A stretch of 64,000 nt of DNA from Pseudomonadales bacterium (GCA_041395665.1 JAWLAB010000003.1:312173-376172); one strand, 5' to 3'. Positions 44,731-54,818 are shown, counted from the stretch's first letter. Program-made: numbers and translations. Notes: generated from the letters alone by a model not told the origin.

Positions 44731-45948
44731 TCAAACTTTAATGCCGTCGATGGCGGCAATGGTGTGAATATCTTTATCACCACGACCAGACAAACAGACA
44801 ACGATTACATCGTCTGGCGTCATCGTAGGCGCTAATTTTTCCGCGTAGGCAACGGCGTGACTGGATTCCAACGCCGGCATGATGCCTTCGATTTGCGTCA
44901 AGCGACGAAAACCTGCCAGCGCTTCGTTGTCATTAATCGCCACATATTGCGCGCGACCAATATCTTTCAACCACGAATGCTCAGGGCCTACGCCCGGATA
45001 ATCTAAACCTGCAGAAACAGAATGTGTGTCGATGATTTGACCGCTGTTATCATCTATCAAATAAGTGCGATTGCCGTGCAACACACCGGGGCGACCTGCC
45101 GATAAAGTTGCTGCGTGACGACCAGTTTCGATGCCATCACCGCCCGCTTCTACACCGTACATCGCCACACTTTCATCCGCTAAAAACGGATGAAATAAAC
45201 CAATCGCGTTAGAGCCGCCGCCCACGCAAGCAACAACCGCGTTCGGTAATTTTCCCGTTTGTTCCAAACATTGACGGCGCGCTTCGCGACCGATGATGGA
45301 TTGAAAATCGCGCACCAACATTGGGTACGGATGCGGGCCTGCTGCCGTGCCGATGATGTAAAAAGTGTTATCGACATTCGTCACCCAATCGCGCATCGCT
45401 TCGTTCAACGCATCTTTCAAAGTGCGCGAACCGGAAGTGACCGATTTCACCGTCGCGCCCAACAGCTTCATGCGGTACACATTCAGCGTTTGCCGTTTGA
45501 TATCGTCCTCGCCCATGTAGACCACGCATTCCATGCCGAGACGCGCAGCTACTGTTGCTGTCGCTACGCCGTGCTGACCTGCGCCCGTTTCCGCGATGAT
45601 GCGTGTTTTGCCGGAGCGTTTTGCCAACAACGCTTGACCGATGGTGTTGTTAATTTTGTGCGCGCCGGTGTGATTCAAATCTTCGCGCTTGAGAAAAATG
45701 CGCGCGCCGCCCAACTCACGGCTCCAACGCTCGGCGAAATACAGTGGCGACGGACGACCGACATAGTGCGCCATGTCATGATCAAATTCGGCGAGGAATT
45801 CTGGATCGTTGCGCAACTGCATGTAGCTTTTTTCCAGCTCGCTCACAGCCGCCATTAAAGTCTCAGAAACAAACTGACCGCCGAACTGACCAAAATGGCC
45901 GTGCGCATCAGGAAAAGTAGAAAAATCAATATTTTGGGGGGATGTCAC
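44731..45948 (-). CDS. trpB: tryptophan synthase beta chain
   Basis: GTG at 45948 preceded by GGAG, immediately after the trpF stop. [16 protein letters not shown] and the PLP-lysine context HTGAHKINN. 405 aa. Confidence 0.9.
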   Translation of the reverse strand: MTSPQNIDFSTFPDAHGHFGQFGGQFVSETLMAAVSELEKSYMQLRNDPEFLAEFDHDMAHYVGRPSPLYFAERWSRELGGARIFLKREDLNHTGAHKINNTIGQALLAKRSGKTRIIAETGAGQHGVATATVAARLGMECVVYMGEDDIKRQTLNVYRMKLLGATVKSVTSGSRTLKDALNEAMRDWVTNVDNTFYIIGTAAGPHPYPMLVRDFQSIIGREARRQCLEQTGKLPNAVVACVGGGSNAIGLFHPFLADESVAMYGVEAGGDGIETGRHAATLSAGRPGVLHGNRTYLIDDNSGQIIDTHSVSAGLDYPGVGPEHSWLKDIGRAQYVAINDNEALAGFRRLTQIEGIMPALESSHAVAYAEKLAPTMTPDDVIVVCLSGRGDKDIHTIAAIDGIKV

Positions 45949-45961
45949 AACAAGGCTCCGA

Positions 45962-46614
45962 TTACCGCACCGCTGCATGTGCGGCGCGTACAAAGGCGGC
46001 CATTCTAGCGGAATCCTTGCGCCCAGGGGCAGTTTCAACGCCGCTGCTCACATCCACCGCGTAAGGTTTTACCTGTGCAACGGCTACGCCCACATTCTCT
46101 GGTGACAAGCCGCCCGCCAAAATTAACGGCAGTTGCAGATTGGCAGGAATGCGCTCCCAGCCGAAGGTTTCACCCGTGCCGCCCGCTGCTGCAGGGCTAT
46201 AGCTGTCCAACAACAAACCCAGCGCGCCCGCTGCCGCGTATTCGCGATCGGCAGTCAGCACATCCACGCCATCTGCCATGCGTATCGCTTTGATAAACGG
46301 GCGGTTAAATGATGCGCAAAACGCTGGCGTTTCCTGACCGTGAAATTGCAATAGCTGCAAAGGCACGGCTTGCAGTACCGCTTCAATTTCTTCGCGCGCT
46401 GCATCCACAAACAAACCCACGGTGGTGACGAATGGCCCACCGCACGCGCAATGTCTGCCGCTTGCGCCACCGTCACGCAGCGCGAACTGTTGGCGTAAAA
46501 CACCAAGCCGATGGCATTTGCACCGGCGACTGTGGCGGCTTGTGCGTCATCAATAGAAGTGATGCCGCAGATTTTTACTCGTGCAGTAGAAATAGAAGTT
46601 GATGAAGCAAGCAC
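45962..46614 (-). pseudogene. trpF: phosphoribosylanthranilate isomerase TrpF, full-length copy carrying a 1-nt deletion in a C-run (46436-46438)
   Basis: ORFs 46255-46614 (..[13 protein letters not shown]..) and 45962-46420 ([12 protein letters not shown]...) are out of frame. The duplicated segment at 49549-49552 has C4 where this copy has C3. Length 653 nt = 3n+2. Confidence 0.8.
46395..46576. repeat. direct repeat copy 1 (trpF 5' coding segment)
   Basis: Hand alignment to 49508-49690 gives 16 substitutions and one 1-nt indel over ~183 nt. Confidence 0.85.
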
Positions 46615-46643
46615 AGCACCATTCTCATTAAATTATTTGTAGA

Positions 46644-49388
46644 TCACAACGCCGTGGCGTTGAGTACCAACACGCTACCGGCGTCTTTCTGCGGCCTCAG
46701 TCTGCCATTGAGCATCACGCTGACATCCACACCTGGGATGCCAATCACCAGATCCGCTTTGCCGTCCCCACTAATATCACCCGCCGCAACGGATGTGCCG
46801 TACACATCACCACTCACCTTGCCGTAACGAGTAGTACCCAGCTGCACGAATGGCTCTGCGCCACCCGCCCAAACAGCCACGCTACCTGCACCAGCCACAG
46901 GGCGCGGGAAGGCTCTGGGGTTAGCGGCTTTCGGGGCGCTGGCAACGATGTCTGCCGTGCCGTCACCGTCAACATCCGCCAAGGCGACGGCAGAGCCGAA
47001 GGCTGAACGCACTTCTCTGCCAAGCGTATTGCCGCCGCGGGTGTAGGTAGCGCTGTGGCTGCCGTACAGCACCACGAAGCCGCCTACATCTTTGAGCCTT
47101 CTGTTAGTGGGATGGTCAAGCTTCGGTACGCCCACCACGATGTCGTGAGTGCCGTCGCCATCAATATCACCACCGGATGCCAGTGCGCTGCCAAAGTTGT
47201 CAACGGCCGCTTGGCCGTACTGTTTGTAGAGCGGCGTTGGGTTGCCTGCGCTGTATACCGTTACGCTGCCCGCTGCTGTCAGTTTTTTACCGTTGCTGAG
47301 GGCGCTTTCGCTCGGCGCACCGACGGCAATATCTAAAATGCCATTGCCATCAAAGTCGCCCAGTGCAATAGCAGAACCGGCGTGCGCACTGGCTGCTGTG
47401 CCGTAATACGGTGTACCGATCACGGACAGGTCTGCGCCAGAGTACACGGTCACGCGCCCCACTTTCTTCAGCGACGGGGCGTTGACATGCGTGGCCGACG
47501 GTTCGCCGACCACAATATCAGCAAGGCCATCGCCATCGACATCACCCAGCGCTACCGCTGAACCAAACAGCGTTCTGGCGGTCGTGCCGTAAATGTCCTG
47601 CGCCATTGGTACGCAGCTTGGGGTATTGCAGCCATAGATGATGGTGACTTTACCCATCATTTTGGCGCCAGCACCGTTGGCGGCTAATGGCGCGCCGACG
47701 ACCACATCCATCGTGCCGTCACCGTCGATATCGGCGTTGCCCGCTATGGCTGTACCCACGCCCTCTCTTGTCGCGGCTCCAACCAGCGTTGCCAACGGTG
47801 TGCCAGTTGCACCGGAGATCACCTGCACGCGACCGGCGTCACGCAATGCGCGGATGGCTGTAGGCACTACATCGTAACCAGGGGTGGCAATGGCGTAGTC
47901 ACCATAACCGTCACCATCAAAGTCACCCACATAGGCTACCGTTGAACCCAGCATGTCTGCTCGCACAGCACCGTGGAAAGTACCCAGCTCGGCGGCATGG
48001 TTGATCGGCGTATCGCAAGCATCACCGATACCATCCCCATCCGTATCGGTTTGGGTTGGATTGGGTACCGTTGGGCAATTGTCGGCATCATCAAAAACAC
48101 CGTCGGCATCTGTGTCGGCTTGGCTTTCGTAGCGCACCAAAGTAAAACCTTCGTTGCTACCGGTAGTGCCATACCCTGCCGCAACGAGTTTTCCATCCGT
48201 TTGCTGAATGATTGAGAATGCTTGCGCACTAGAACCCACGGCTGTGGTAACAATACCACCAGCACCAAAACCACTATCCAGTGAACCATCCGTGTTATAG
48301 AGCGCCAAGGCGAAGCTGTCGACACCGGCGTTTGTACTGTATCCCGCAGCCGCCAACTTGCCATTTGCCTGCTGAATCACTGAATAGATGTAATCGTGAC
48401 CTGCCCCTACGGCAGAGGTTACCTTGCCGCCAGTGCCGAAACTGCTATCCAGTGAACCATCCGTGTTGTAGCGCACCAAAGCAAAATCATTGTTACTACC
48501 GCTGTAACTATATCCGGCCGCCACTAACTTACCATCTGCCTGCTGGATCACTGAAAAAGGATAATCCTGACTTGTTCCTACCGCTGTGAGAACCACACCA
48601 CCCACACCAAAACTGGTGTCTAGCGTGCCATCCGTGTTGTAGCGCACCAAGCCAAAGTCGTAATTGCTGCCGTTATGGACATAACCCGTTGCTACCAGCT
48701 TGCCATCTGTCTGCTGGATGACAGATAAAATAAAGGCGTAAGTTCCTCCTACTGCCGTAAAAACTTTACCTCCAGTGCCAAAACCGCTGTCCAACGAACC
48801 ATCCGTGTTATATCGCGCTAAAGCAAAGCGGTAGCTACTCCCAACGCGAGCATATCCCGCTACTACCAACTTGCCATCTGTTTGTTGAATCACAGAATAA
48901 GATGAGTCATCACTTGAACTCATTGCCGTGGTAACAATGCCTCCCGTACCAAAGCTGCTATCGAGTGAACCATCTTCGTTGTAGCGCGCTAAGGCGAAGT
49001 TGTAGCTGGTACCGCCGTTGTAGCTATATCCAGCTAACACCAGTTTATTATCCGTTTGCTGAGCCATCGAAAAAGCGGCATCGTTGCTGGAGCCAATAGC
49101 GGTATTCACTTTGCCTCCCACTCCAAAACCACTATCCAACGAGCCATCTGTGTTGTAACGAGCCAAGGCAAAATCGTAGTTACTGCCGTTGTAACTGTAC
49201 CCTCCAGCTACCAGCTTTGCATCTGATCGCTGAACTACCGTACGAGCGCCATCGTACCCACCGCCCACTAGCGTAGTGACACCACCGCCCACACCAAAAT
49301 TAGTATCTAGATCGCCAGGAGCAGCCTGAAGGGATGCTGCACAGAATAAAAAAACAGCAGCTGTTAAAAGGCGCTGAACATCTCGCAT
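46644..49388 (-). CDS. secreted double beta-propeller protein: signal peptide, 7 delta-60 repeats, thrombospondin type-3 Ca-binding linker, 7 FG-GAP (integrin-alpha-like) repeats
   Basis: 914 aa. Signal peptide ...[12 protein letters not shown]. Seven ~57-aa units GSLDSxFGxGGxV...QQxDGKLVxAGY...FALxRYNxD (aa 25-423). [35 protein letters not shown] (aa 424-461). Seven FGxAxAxGDxDGDGxxDxxxGxP units. Confidence 0.8.
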   Translation of the reverse strand: MRDVQRLLTAAVFLFCAASLQAAPGDLDTNFGVGGGVTTLVGGGYDGARTVVQRSDAKLVAGGYSYNGSNYDFALARYNTDGSLDSGFGVGGKVNTAIGSSNDAAFSMAQQTDNKLVLAGYSYNGGTSYNFALARYNEDGSLDSSFGTGGIVTTAMSSSDDSSYSVIQQTDGKLVVAGYARVGSSYRFALARYNTDGSLDSGFGTGGKVFTAVGGTYAFILSVIQQTDGKLVATGYVHNGSNYDFGLVRYNTDGTLDTSFGVGGVVLTAVGTSQDYPFSVIQQADGKLVAAGYSYSGSNNDFALVRYNTDGSLDSSFGTGGKVTSAVGAGHDYIYSVIQQANGKLAAAGYSTNAGVDSFALALYNTDGSLDSGFGAGGIVTTAVGSSAQAFSIIQQTDGKLVAAGYGTTGSNEGFTLVRYESQADTDADGVFDDADNCPTVPNPTQTDTDGDGIGDACDTPINHAAELGTFHGAVRADMLGSTVAYVGDFDGDGYGDYAIATPGYDVVPTAIRALRDAGRVQVISGATGTPLATLVGAATREGVGTAIAGNADIDGDGTMDVVVGAPLAANGAGAKMMGKVTIIYGCNTPSCVPMAQDIYGTTARTLFGSAVALGDVDGDGLADIVVGEPSATHVNAPSLKKVGRVTVYSGADLSVIGTPYYGTAASAHAGSAIALGDFDGNGILDIAVGAPSESALSNGKKLTAAGSVTVYSAGNPTPLYKQYGQAAVDNFGSALASGGDIDGDGTHDIVVGVPKLDHPTNRRLKDVGGFVVLYGSHSATYTRGGNTLGREVRSAFGSAVALADVDGDGTADIVASAPKAANPRAFPRPVAGAGSVAVWAGGAEPFVQLGTTRYGKVSGDVYGTSVAAGDISGDGKADLVIGIPGVDVSVMLNGRLRPQKDAGSVLVLNATAL
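48120..49316 (-). repeat. seven diverged tandem coding repeats (~171-nt period) encoding delta-60 blades
   Basis: The periodicity is visible in the translation and in recurring DNA strings such as ccatccgtgttgtagcgcaccaa / ccatccgtgttatatcgcgctaa. Confidence 0.75.
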
Positions 49389-49454
49389 AGCACTAACCTC
49401 TATTAGTAAATTACCGAGTTAGGTTGAGTACGAGAGTAGCACCGTTTGCCATAA

Positions 49455-49481
49455 ATAAAAAAGCCCGCACGCGGCGGGCTT
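49455..49481 (-). terminator. rho-independent terminator directly downstream of the orphan trpF fragment and upstream of the beta-propeller gene
   Basis: Minus strand: AAGCCCGC-cgcgt-GCGGGCTT stem-loop (49461-49481) followed by TTTTTTATTT. Confidence 0.7.
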
Positions 49482-49500
49482 CTCCACAGCGAAGAAAGCA

Positions 49501-49716
49501 TCAACCACGCGCTGCATCCACAAACAAACCGACCGTGGTGACGAATGGCCCCACCGCACGCGCGATGTCAGCTGCTTGCGCCACCGTCACACAGCGCGAA
49601 CTCTTGGCATAAAACACCAAGCCGATGGCATCCACACCGGCGGCTGCGGCGGCTTGTGCATCATCAATAGAAGTGATGCCACAGATTTTTGTCTTCGTTG
49701 TTTGCAAATAAGGCAC
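49501..49716 (-). pseudogene. orphan 5' fragment of trpF (71 codons)
   Basis: [71 protein letters not shown] then stop. Homology to TrpF ends two codons before the stop. Confidence 0.8.
49508..49690. repeat. direct repeat copy 2 (trpF 5' coding segment)
   Basis: See copy 1. About 91% identical by hand alignment, same orientation. Confidence 0.85.
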
Positions 49717-49893
49717 GCGCTCAGTTTCCTTCTATCTATACAATGATGGAGCTCTGACCCCGACTCCGGCCAATATCATATAAAAAGCATTTTTAACGAA
49801 CAATTGGATTATGCGATCGTTTCATTCTGTCCGTTTTTTTAGCTCTGCTGCCTGTTTGCTCACTTTAATGTTGCTGTTTTTTTCGGCCTGACC

Positions 49894-51141
49894 ATGATCG
49901 GCAGCTCAGGTACGCCAGACATGTATTTTCACTGGCTAAAATGGATTTATACCACTCAGCAACAAGGGCCTTTTGCAGGCTATGCATCAATTGTTGGCGA
50001 CAACTACCCTCCGTTGTCTGCTGTGTTGCTTTGGGCTGGCGATCAGGCTCTAAAAAACTGGGGGTTTCACGGCAGCATAGTAGTAAAGCTTACACTGACA
50101 GGGTTTCTGCTTCTTTCGTCAATTATTTACTGCTACTGGAGCAGAGACTTGCGACTGACAACAATCTTCCTCGCTGGCAATTTTATCGCAGTAGTCGGTC
50201 TTGCTTATCTGGATATTCTCGTAGCACCTTTCATACTAGCGGCGTGCTTCTGTCTATACAGACAACAATTCACTTGGTTTTTATTGTTTTACTCGATGGC
50301 TATATTCATAAAATGGCAACCTCTGATTATGGCCCCGTTCGTCATGGTTGCGTGTTGACAACATATTCATGTACACCACTACCATTGGCAAAAAATTACT
50401 GCCGTACTGTTGCCACCTGTTCTGGTTGTGGGAACTATAGTGTGGCTATTTGGTTATAAGGAATTGATCACCTCATTGCGGCTAGCTTTGAATACAAATG
50501 ACTTTAGTGCAAATGCTATGAACATCAACGGGTTCGTCAACGAAATTATCGATATTCATGCTTGGCGTGCAGCAATGGATTCGTTACAACACAATGGAGA
50601 TGAACAAGCTGCGCTCATGACCTACACAGAAGTGAAAAAAATGCTGTATATATCCTCCGGCGGCCTGTCAACGCTGCGCTATATATTGTCGAAGCTATTT
50701 TTTTGGGGCAGCTTCTTCTATCTGCTCTGGCGCCATATACGATTACCTGCCGATGCTAAAAGATTACTCTTCTACTCTACTGCGGCATATGTCTTCTACT
50801 TTATCTTCAACACAGGTGTCCATGAAAATCACTTGCATATGGCTCTATTACTCGCATCGGTATTAGTGGTGTTTGATCGTCAGTTTTTTTCGCTTTTAGC
50901 TTGGTTGGTAGCGCTCTACAACCTGAATATAATTTATTTCTACGGCATTACAGGTTCTTGGCCTGAGAACTTCATTGCCACAACAGATGATCCTCTGACA
51001 AGACCGCTGATTCTACTGGATTTACTAGTAATTACTGCGCTACTGCTACAGGTTTTTCGCCACATACAACGCGATCACCTGTTGATCCAACATGAAGTAA
51101 ATATGAAAAAAACTTATCACAATCTCAGTTTTACTGAATAA
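49894..51141 (+). pseudogene. polytopic GT-C-like (GT87/DUF2029-like) membrane protein interrupted by an in-frame TGA at 50356-50358
   Basis: ORFs 49894-50358 and 50410-51141 are in the same frame. Between them the frame reads C-TGA-QHIHVHHYHWQKITAVLLPPVLVV. The DMYFHW...GDNYPPLSAVLLW loop motif is GT-C-like. A possible N-terminal TM exon (49811-49891, MRSFHSVRFFSSAACLLTLMLLFFSA) is offset by one frame across the T-run at 49877-49883. Confidence 0.5.
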
Positions 51142-51201
51142 TGTTTGCTCAACACTCCTAGTCGTGTTTTGGATATTTAACTTTTCAAATCACCGGTTCA
51201 C

Positions 51202-51226
51202 AAAAAAGCCCGCACACAGCGGGCTT
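51202..51226 (-). terminator. rho-independent terminator after the acyl-CoA dehydrogenase gene
   Basis: Minus strand: AAGCCCGC-tgtgt-GCGGGCTT followed by TTTTTTG. Confidence 0.7.
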
Positions 51227-51247
51227 ATTCTTTGCGACAAAGAAAAA

Positions 51248-52423
51248 TTACCCGCGTGCGGCACGCGACATTTTCAAACCGAACATCGCAATCAATTCAC
51301 GCTGCACTTCGTTCACGCCGCCACCGAATGTCATGGTCTGACATTTGCGGAAGCCTTCTTCCAAACGCCCTTCCACCACGGTATGTGATTGACGGCGGCG
51401 AATCAAACCGGCGGCACCGACTACATCCATCATCAAGCGATAGCATTCAATCGAAGTTTCCGTCACATATACTTTCATGGCAGAAGCATAAGCAGGGTCT
51501 GGCGCGCCTTTACTCAACTGCCACATCATGCGCGCAACAACGATGCGCATGGCTTTCAAACGCGCGTAGCATTCCGCGATATTGGATTGCACCCACGGCT
51601 CGTCGATCACGCGGTTACCACTGGCTTGTTCTTCGCGCGTCCAATCGAGGAAGAATTGGAAGTCGCGCTGCGTCCACACACCAATCGCCGCCAAACCCAC
51701 GCGTTCGTGGTTCAACTGTGAAGTGATGAGATTCCAACCTTTATTCAATTTGCCAACAACATTGGTGAGCGGCACGCGCACATTGTCGTAATAGCTCATG
51801 CAAGTCGGCACATCGCCCACGGTTTTAATGTGCGCGAAGGAAAAACCTTTCGCGTTGGTCGGCACGATAATCATGCTGATGCCTTTGTGCTTCGGCGCGT
51901 CTTTATCGGTGCGCGCGGCGAGCCAAATATAGTCGGCGTTATCTGCACCGGAAGTGAAAACTTTAGTGCCGTTGATCACCAACTCATCGCCTTCAATCAC
52001 GGCGGATGTAGTGAGCGATGCCAAATCCGTACCTGCACCTGGCTCGGTGTAGCCGATGGCAAAATGGATTTCACCGCCCGCAATTTTTGGCAGATAAAAC
52101 TGCTTCATTTCTTCGGAGCCGTGCTCCATCAACGCGGGGCCAACGGTGCCCAAAGTCACGAAAGGAATTGGCGCACCGGCGATGTAGGCTTCTTCCAACA
52201 GCGCGAGCTGCTCTGCCTGACCGCGCCCTTGACCGCCGTACTCTTTCGGCCAGCCGATCGCCAACCAGCCGTCTTTGCCGATTTGGCGCACGGCATCACG
52301 GTAGAACTGACCGCTCTCCTTGGCGTGACAGCCTTCTTTCACTTCTGGTGTCATCACCTTGGCGAAATACGCGCGCAATTCTTGGCGCAGCGCCTTAACT
52401 TCTTGCGACTCATCTACCTGCAT
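51248..52423 (-). CDS. acyl-CoA dehydrogenase family protein
   Basis: ATG at 52423 (MQVDESQEVKALRQELRAYF). 391 aa with the ACAD three-domain layout and C-terminal GGGVNEVQRELIA. Confidence 0.8.
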   Translation of the reverse strand: MQVDESQEVKALRQELRAYFAKVMTPEVKEGCHAKESGQFYRDAVRQIGKDGWLAIGWPKEYGGQGRGQAEQLALLEEAYIAGAPIPFVTLGTVGPALMEHGSEEMKQFYLPKIAGGEIHFAIGYTEPGAGTDLASLTTSAVIEGDELVINGTKVFTSGADNADYIWLAARTDKDAPKHKGISMIIVPTNAKGFSFAHIKTVGDVPTCMSYYDNVRVPLTNVVGKLNKGWNLITSQLNHERVGLAAIGVWTQRDFQFFLDWTREEQASGNRVIDEPWVQSNIAECYARLKAMRIVVARMMWQLSKGAPDPAYASAMKVYVTETSIECYRLMMDVVGAAGLIRRRQSHTVVEGRLEEGFRKCQTMTFGGGVNEVQRELIAMFGLKMSRAARG

Positions 52424-52528
52424 GACACAACCTCTGAGAAACAACCTGAAATTCGAGAGGCGCATTGTAGCCGTGGTTGCAATGGACGGAAACCGTAAAA
52501 CACGCACCCATCTTCACCAAACAAGCAG

Positions 52529-52550
52529 CCACAGATTAGACGGTCTGTGG
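52529..52550. promoter_or_regulatory. inverted repeat CCACAGA-N8-TCTGTGG in the divergent acyl-CoA dehydrogenase intergenic region (candidate operator)
   Basis: Perfect 7-bp arms seen in sequence. No regulator gene is adjacent, so the function is speculative. Confidence 0.2.
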
Positions 52551-52601
52551 CAAAATGCGCGCCTTATTTTCAGCAAAGCCATGACCAGCGAGGTTGTTAG
52601 C

Positions 52602-53723
52602 ATGGATTTCACCTTTACCGAAGAACAGACCCAGATTCGTGAGCTGGCTAACCAAATTCTGCGCGAGAACTGCGGCGATGAGTTCTTGATGCAATTTAGC
52701 AAGGGCGGCGAGCTGTACAGCCAGAGCCTGTGGCAGTTGTTTGCGGAATCCGGCCTGCTCGGTACGGCTGTTCCTGAGTCTTGCGATGGCACGGGCTTCG
52801 GTTTTATCGAAGTCTGCCAAATTCTTGAAGAGCAAGGTCGCTTTGTTGCGCCGATTCCCTTGTTGCCTAGCTTGGTACTCGGCGGCTTGCCTCTGGCGCG
52901 CTTCGGCACGGAAGCCCAGCAGAAAAAATACCTGCCAGCACTCGCTAGCGGCGAAGCGATTTTGACAGCAGCGATTGCAGAAGAATCCATGGTGGCTGCG
53001 ATGCGCCCTGCCTGCCACGCCGAACAACAAGCGGGAGCGTGGGTGATTTCTGGCGAACGCCTGTGCGTACCTTACGCAGCGCAAGCGGCGGTGATTTTGG
53101 TCGCAGCTGATACCGCCGACGGCAAAGCTGTGTTCTTGGTAGAACCTAACGATGGCGTAAAAGCGGAATATGTGGACAGCACCAACCACGAGCCGCTGTA
53201 CAACTTGCAACTCAACAACGCGAAAGCAGAAAAATTGGGCGGCGCGGATGTGTTGGCGTTTATCGTCGAGCACGCCAGCATCGCCAGCTGCGCGACAATG
53301 ATCGGCATCACCGAAGAAGCCCTGCGCCGCACAGCGGAATACACCGCCGAACGCAAACAATTTGGCACCACCATTTCTAGCTTCCAAAACACCACCATGA
53401 AGTGCGCGGATGCTTATATCGACATCGAATGCATGCGCTCTGCGTATTTCGAAGCGCTGTGGAAGTTGTCAGAAAATATCGACGCACGCGCAGAAGTGCA
53501 CACCGCAAAATGGTGGTCTGCTATCGGCGGTCACCGCGTAGCACACACCGCACAACATTTGCACGGCGGCATCGGCTGTGATGTGGAATACCCATTGCAC
53601 CGCTACTATTTATGGTTCAAACAAATGGAAATCCAAATGGGTGGTGGCAGCCAACAATTGGCGCAACTGGGCGAATTACTCGCCACTGACAGCAGCGTGC
53701 AACTGTTGCTGAAATCTGCCTAA
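52602..53723 (+). CDS. acyl-CoA dehydrogenase family protein
   Basis: ATG at 52602 (MDFTFTEEQTQIRELANQIL). 373 aa with C-terminal HGGIGCDVEYPLHRYY. Confidence 0.8.
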   Translation: MDFTFTEEQTQIRELANQILRENCGDEFLMQFSKGGELYSQSLWQLFAESGLLGTAVPESCDGTGFGFIEVCQILEEQGRFVAPIPLLPSLVLGGLPLARFGTEAQQKKYLPALASGEAILTAAIAEESMVAAMRPACHAEQQAGAWVISGERLCVPYAAQAAVILVAADTADGKAVFLVEPNDGVKAEYVDSTNHEPLYNLQLNNAKAEKLGGADVLAFIVEHASIASCATMIGITEEALRRTAEYTAERKQFGTTISSFQNTTMKCADAYIDIECMRSAYFEALWKLSENIDARAEVHTAKWWSAIGGHRVAHTAQHLHGGIGCDVEYPLHRYYLWFKQMEIQMGGGSQQLAQLGELLATDSSVQLLLKSA

Positions 53724-53754
53724 TCCACAAAAAAAACAGGAGCGAGAGCGTGTT

Positions 53755-54207
53755 ATGGATTCATTAAAAATTGTTCGTGACTGCCCTTTATTTAAGTTGC
53801 TCGATGACGAACAGTTCGCGCATATCGCTCCGCGTTTGCACATGATGGATTTAAAAGCAGGCGATGTGCTTTACAGCGAAGGCTCGCCAGCCGATACCGT
53901 TTCTATTGTGATTTCTGGCGCGTTAGAAGCCATCAAAATGAGCGTACTCGGCGGTGAAGAAACCGTGCTCAGCGAATTTGTCACTTCGGATGTGATCGGC
54001 GAAATGGCACTGCTGTCGGATCGCAAACGCTCCGCCAGTATTCGCGCACAAATCCCTTCCACCGTTGCCAGCTTTCAACGCGCCATTTACGGCACACTGG
54101 AAAGACAACGCCCTGATATTGCCTTGCTGGTGATGAAATCTGTCGCACGAATTCTCGCGGTGCGCTTGCAAGATACTTCCGCTGATCTTGCGGATGTTTG
54201 CGCGTAA
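53755..54207 (+). CDS. stand-alone cyclic-nucleotide-binding domain protein
   Basis: 150 aa with the cNMP-binding phosphate-binding-cassette pattern [17 protein letters not shown]. Confidence 0.7.
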   Translation: MDSLKIVRDCPLFKLLDDEQFAHIAPRLHMMDLKAGDVLYSEGSPADTVSIVISGALEAIKMSVLGGEETVLSEFVTSDVIGEMALLSDRKRSASIRAQIPSTVASFQRAIYGTLERQRPDIALLVMKSVARILAVRLQDTSADLADVCA

Positions 54208-54221
54208 TTTTGTTTTTGTAC

Positions 54222-54818
54222 GTGTCATTCAGCCCACTGATTGATGAATTGATTAACGCGCTGCGCTGCTTGCCTGGCGTCGGCCCAAAATCCGCACAAC
54301 GCATGGCGTTTCAGTTATTGCAGCATCGCCGCGACAACGCACTTAAAACCGCTAAAACTTTAGAGCGCGCACTGGAAAATGTTGGGCAGTGCAGCGAATG
54401 CCGCACGCTCACCGAGCAAACACTGTGTGAAATTTGCAGCAATCCGCGCCGCAATCGCAAACAGTTGTGCGTGGTCGAAACACCTATTGATGCGCTGGCG
54501 ATTGAAACAGCAGGCACTTTTAGCGGCCTATATTTTGTTTTGCACGGCAAGTTGTCACCGATTGATGGCATCGGCCCCACTGACATCGGCATTCCACAGC
54601 TGATGCAACGCCTCGAACAAGAGCCGGCCGACGAATTAATTTTGGCAACCAACGCCACACTCGAAGGCGAAGCCACCGCGCACTACATCGCTGACCGCGC
54701 GCGTGCGCTGTCCATTCGTTGTACGCGCATTGCACACGGCGTGCCGCTGGGCGGCGAGTTGGAATTTGTCGATGGCGGCACGCTGTCGCACGCCTTATCC
54801 GGTCGCACACAAATATGA
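54222..54818 (+). CDS. recR: recombination protein RecR
   Basis: GTG at 54222 ([29 protein letters not shown]). C4 zinc finger [16 protein letters not shown] and a Toprim domain. 198 aa. Confidence 0.9.
   Translation: MSFSPLIDELINALRCLPGVGPKSAQRMAFQLLQHRRDNALKTAKTLERALENVGQCSECRTLTEQTLCEICSNPRRNRKQLCVVETPIDALAIETAGTFSGLYFVLHGKLSPIDGIGPTDIGIPQLMQRLEQEPADELILATNATLEGEATAHYIADRARALSIRCTRIAHGVPLGGELEFVDGGTLSHALSGRTQI

Noticed and set aside
48120-49316. Periodic DNA repeats that could be mistaken for a CRISPR array or VNTR.
   Set aside because: The period is ~171 nt with no spacer/repeat alternation. The units are diverged and in frame, encoding the delta-60 blades of one long ORF.
49438-49451. 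Sigma54-like string TGGCAaacggTGCT on the minus strand upstream of the beta-propeller gene.
   Set aside because: The GG-to-GC spacing is 8 nt rather than the required 10, so it does not fit the -24/-12 consensus.
50356-50358. In-frame TGA as selenocysteine or programmed read-through.
   Set aside because: I saw no stem-loop resembling a bacterial SECIS in the ~40 nt downstream. The context is a membrane protein with no redox motif. A nonsense mutation or base-call error is more parsimonious.
49455-51226. Two very similar hairpins, AAAAAAGCCCGCAC..GCGGGCTT at 49455-49481 and 51202-51226, as possible boundaries of a mobile segment or a REP-like family.
   Set aside because: Only the generic terminator stem (GCCCGC/GCGGGC plus an A/T run) is shared and the flanks do not align. 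Each is positioned as an ordinary terminator for a minus-strand gene.
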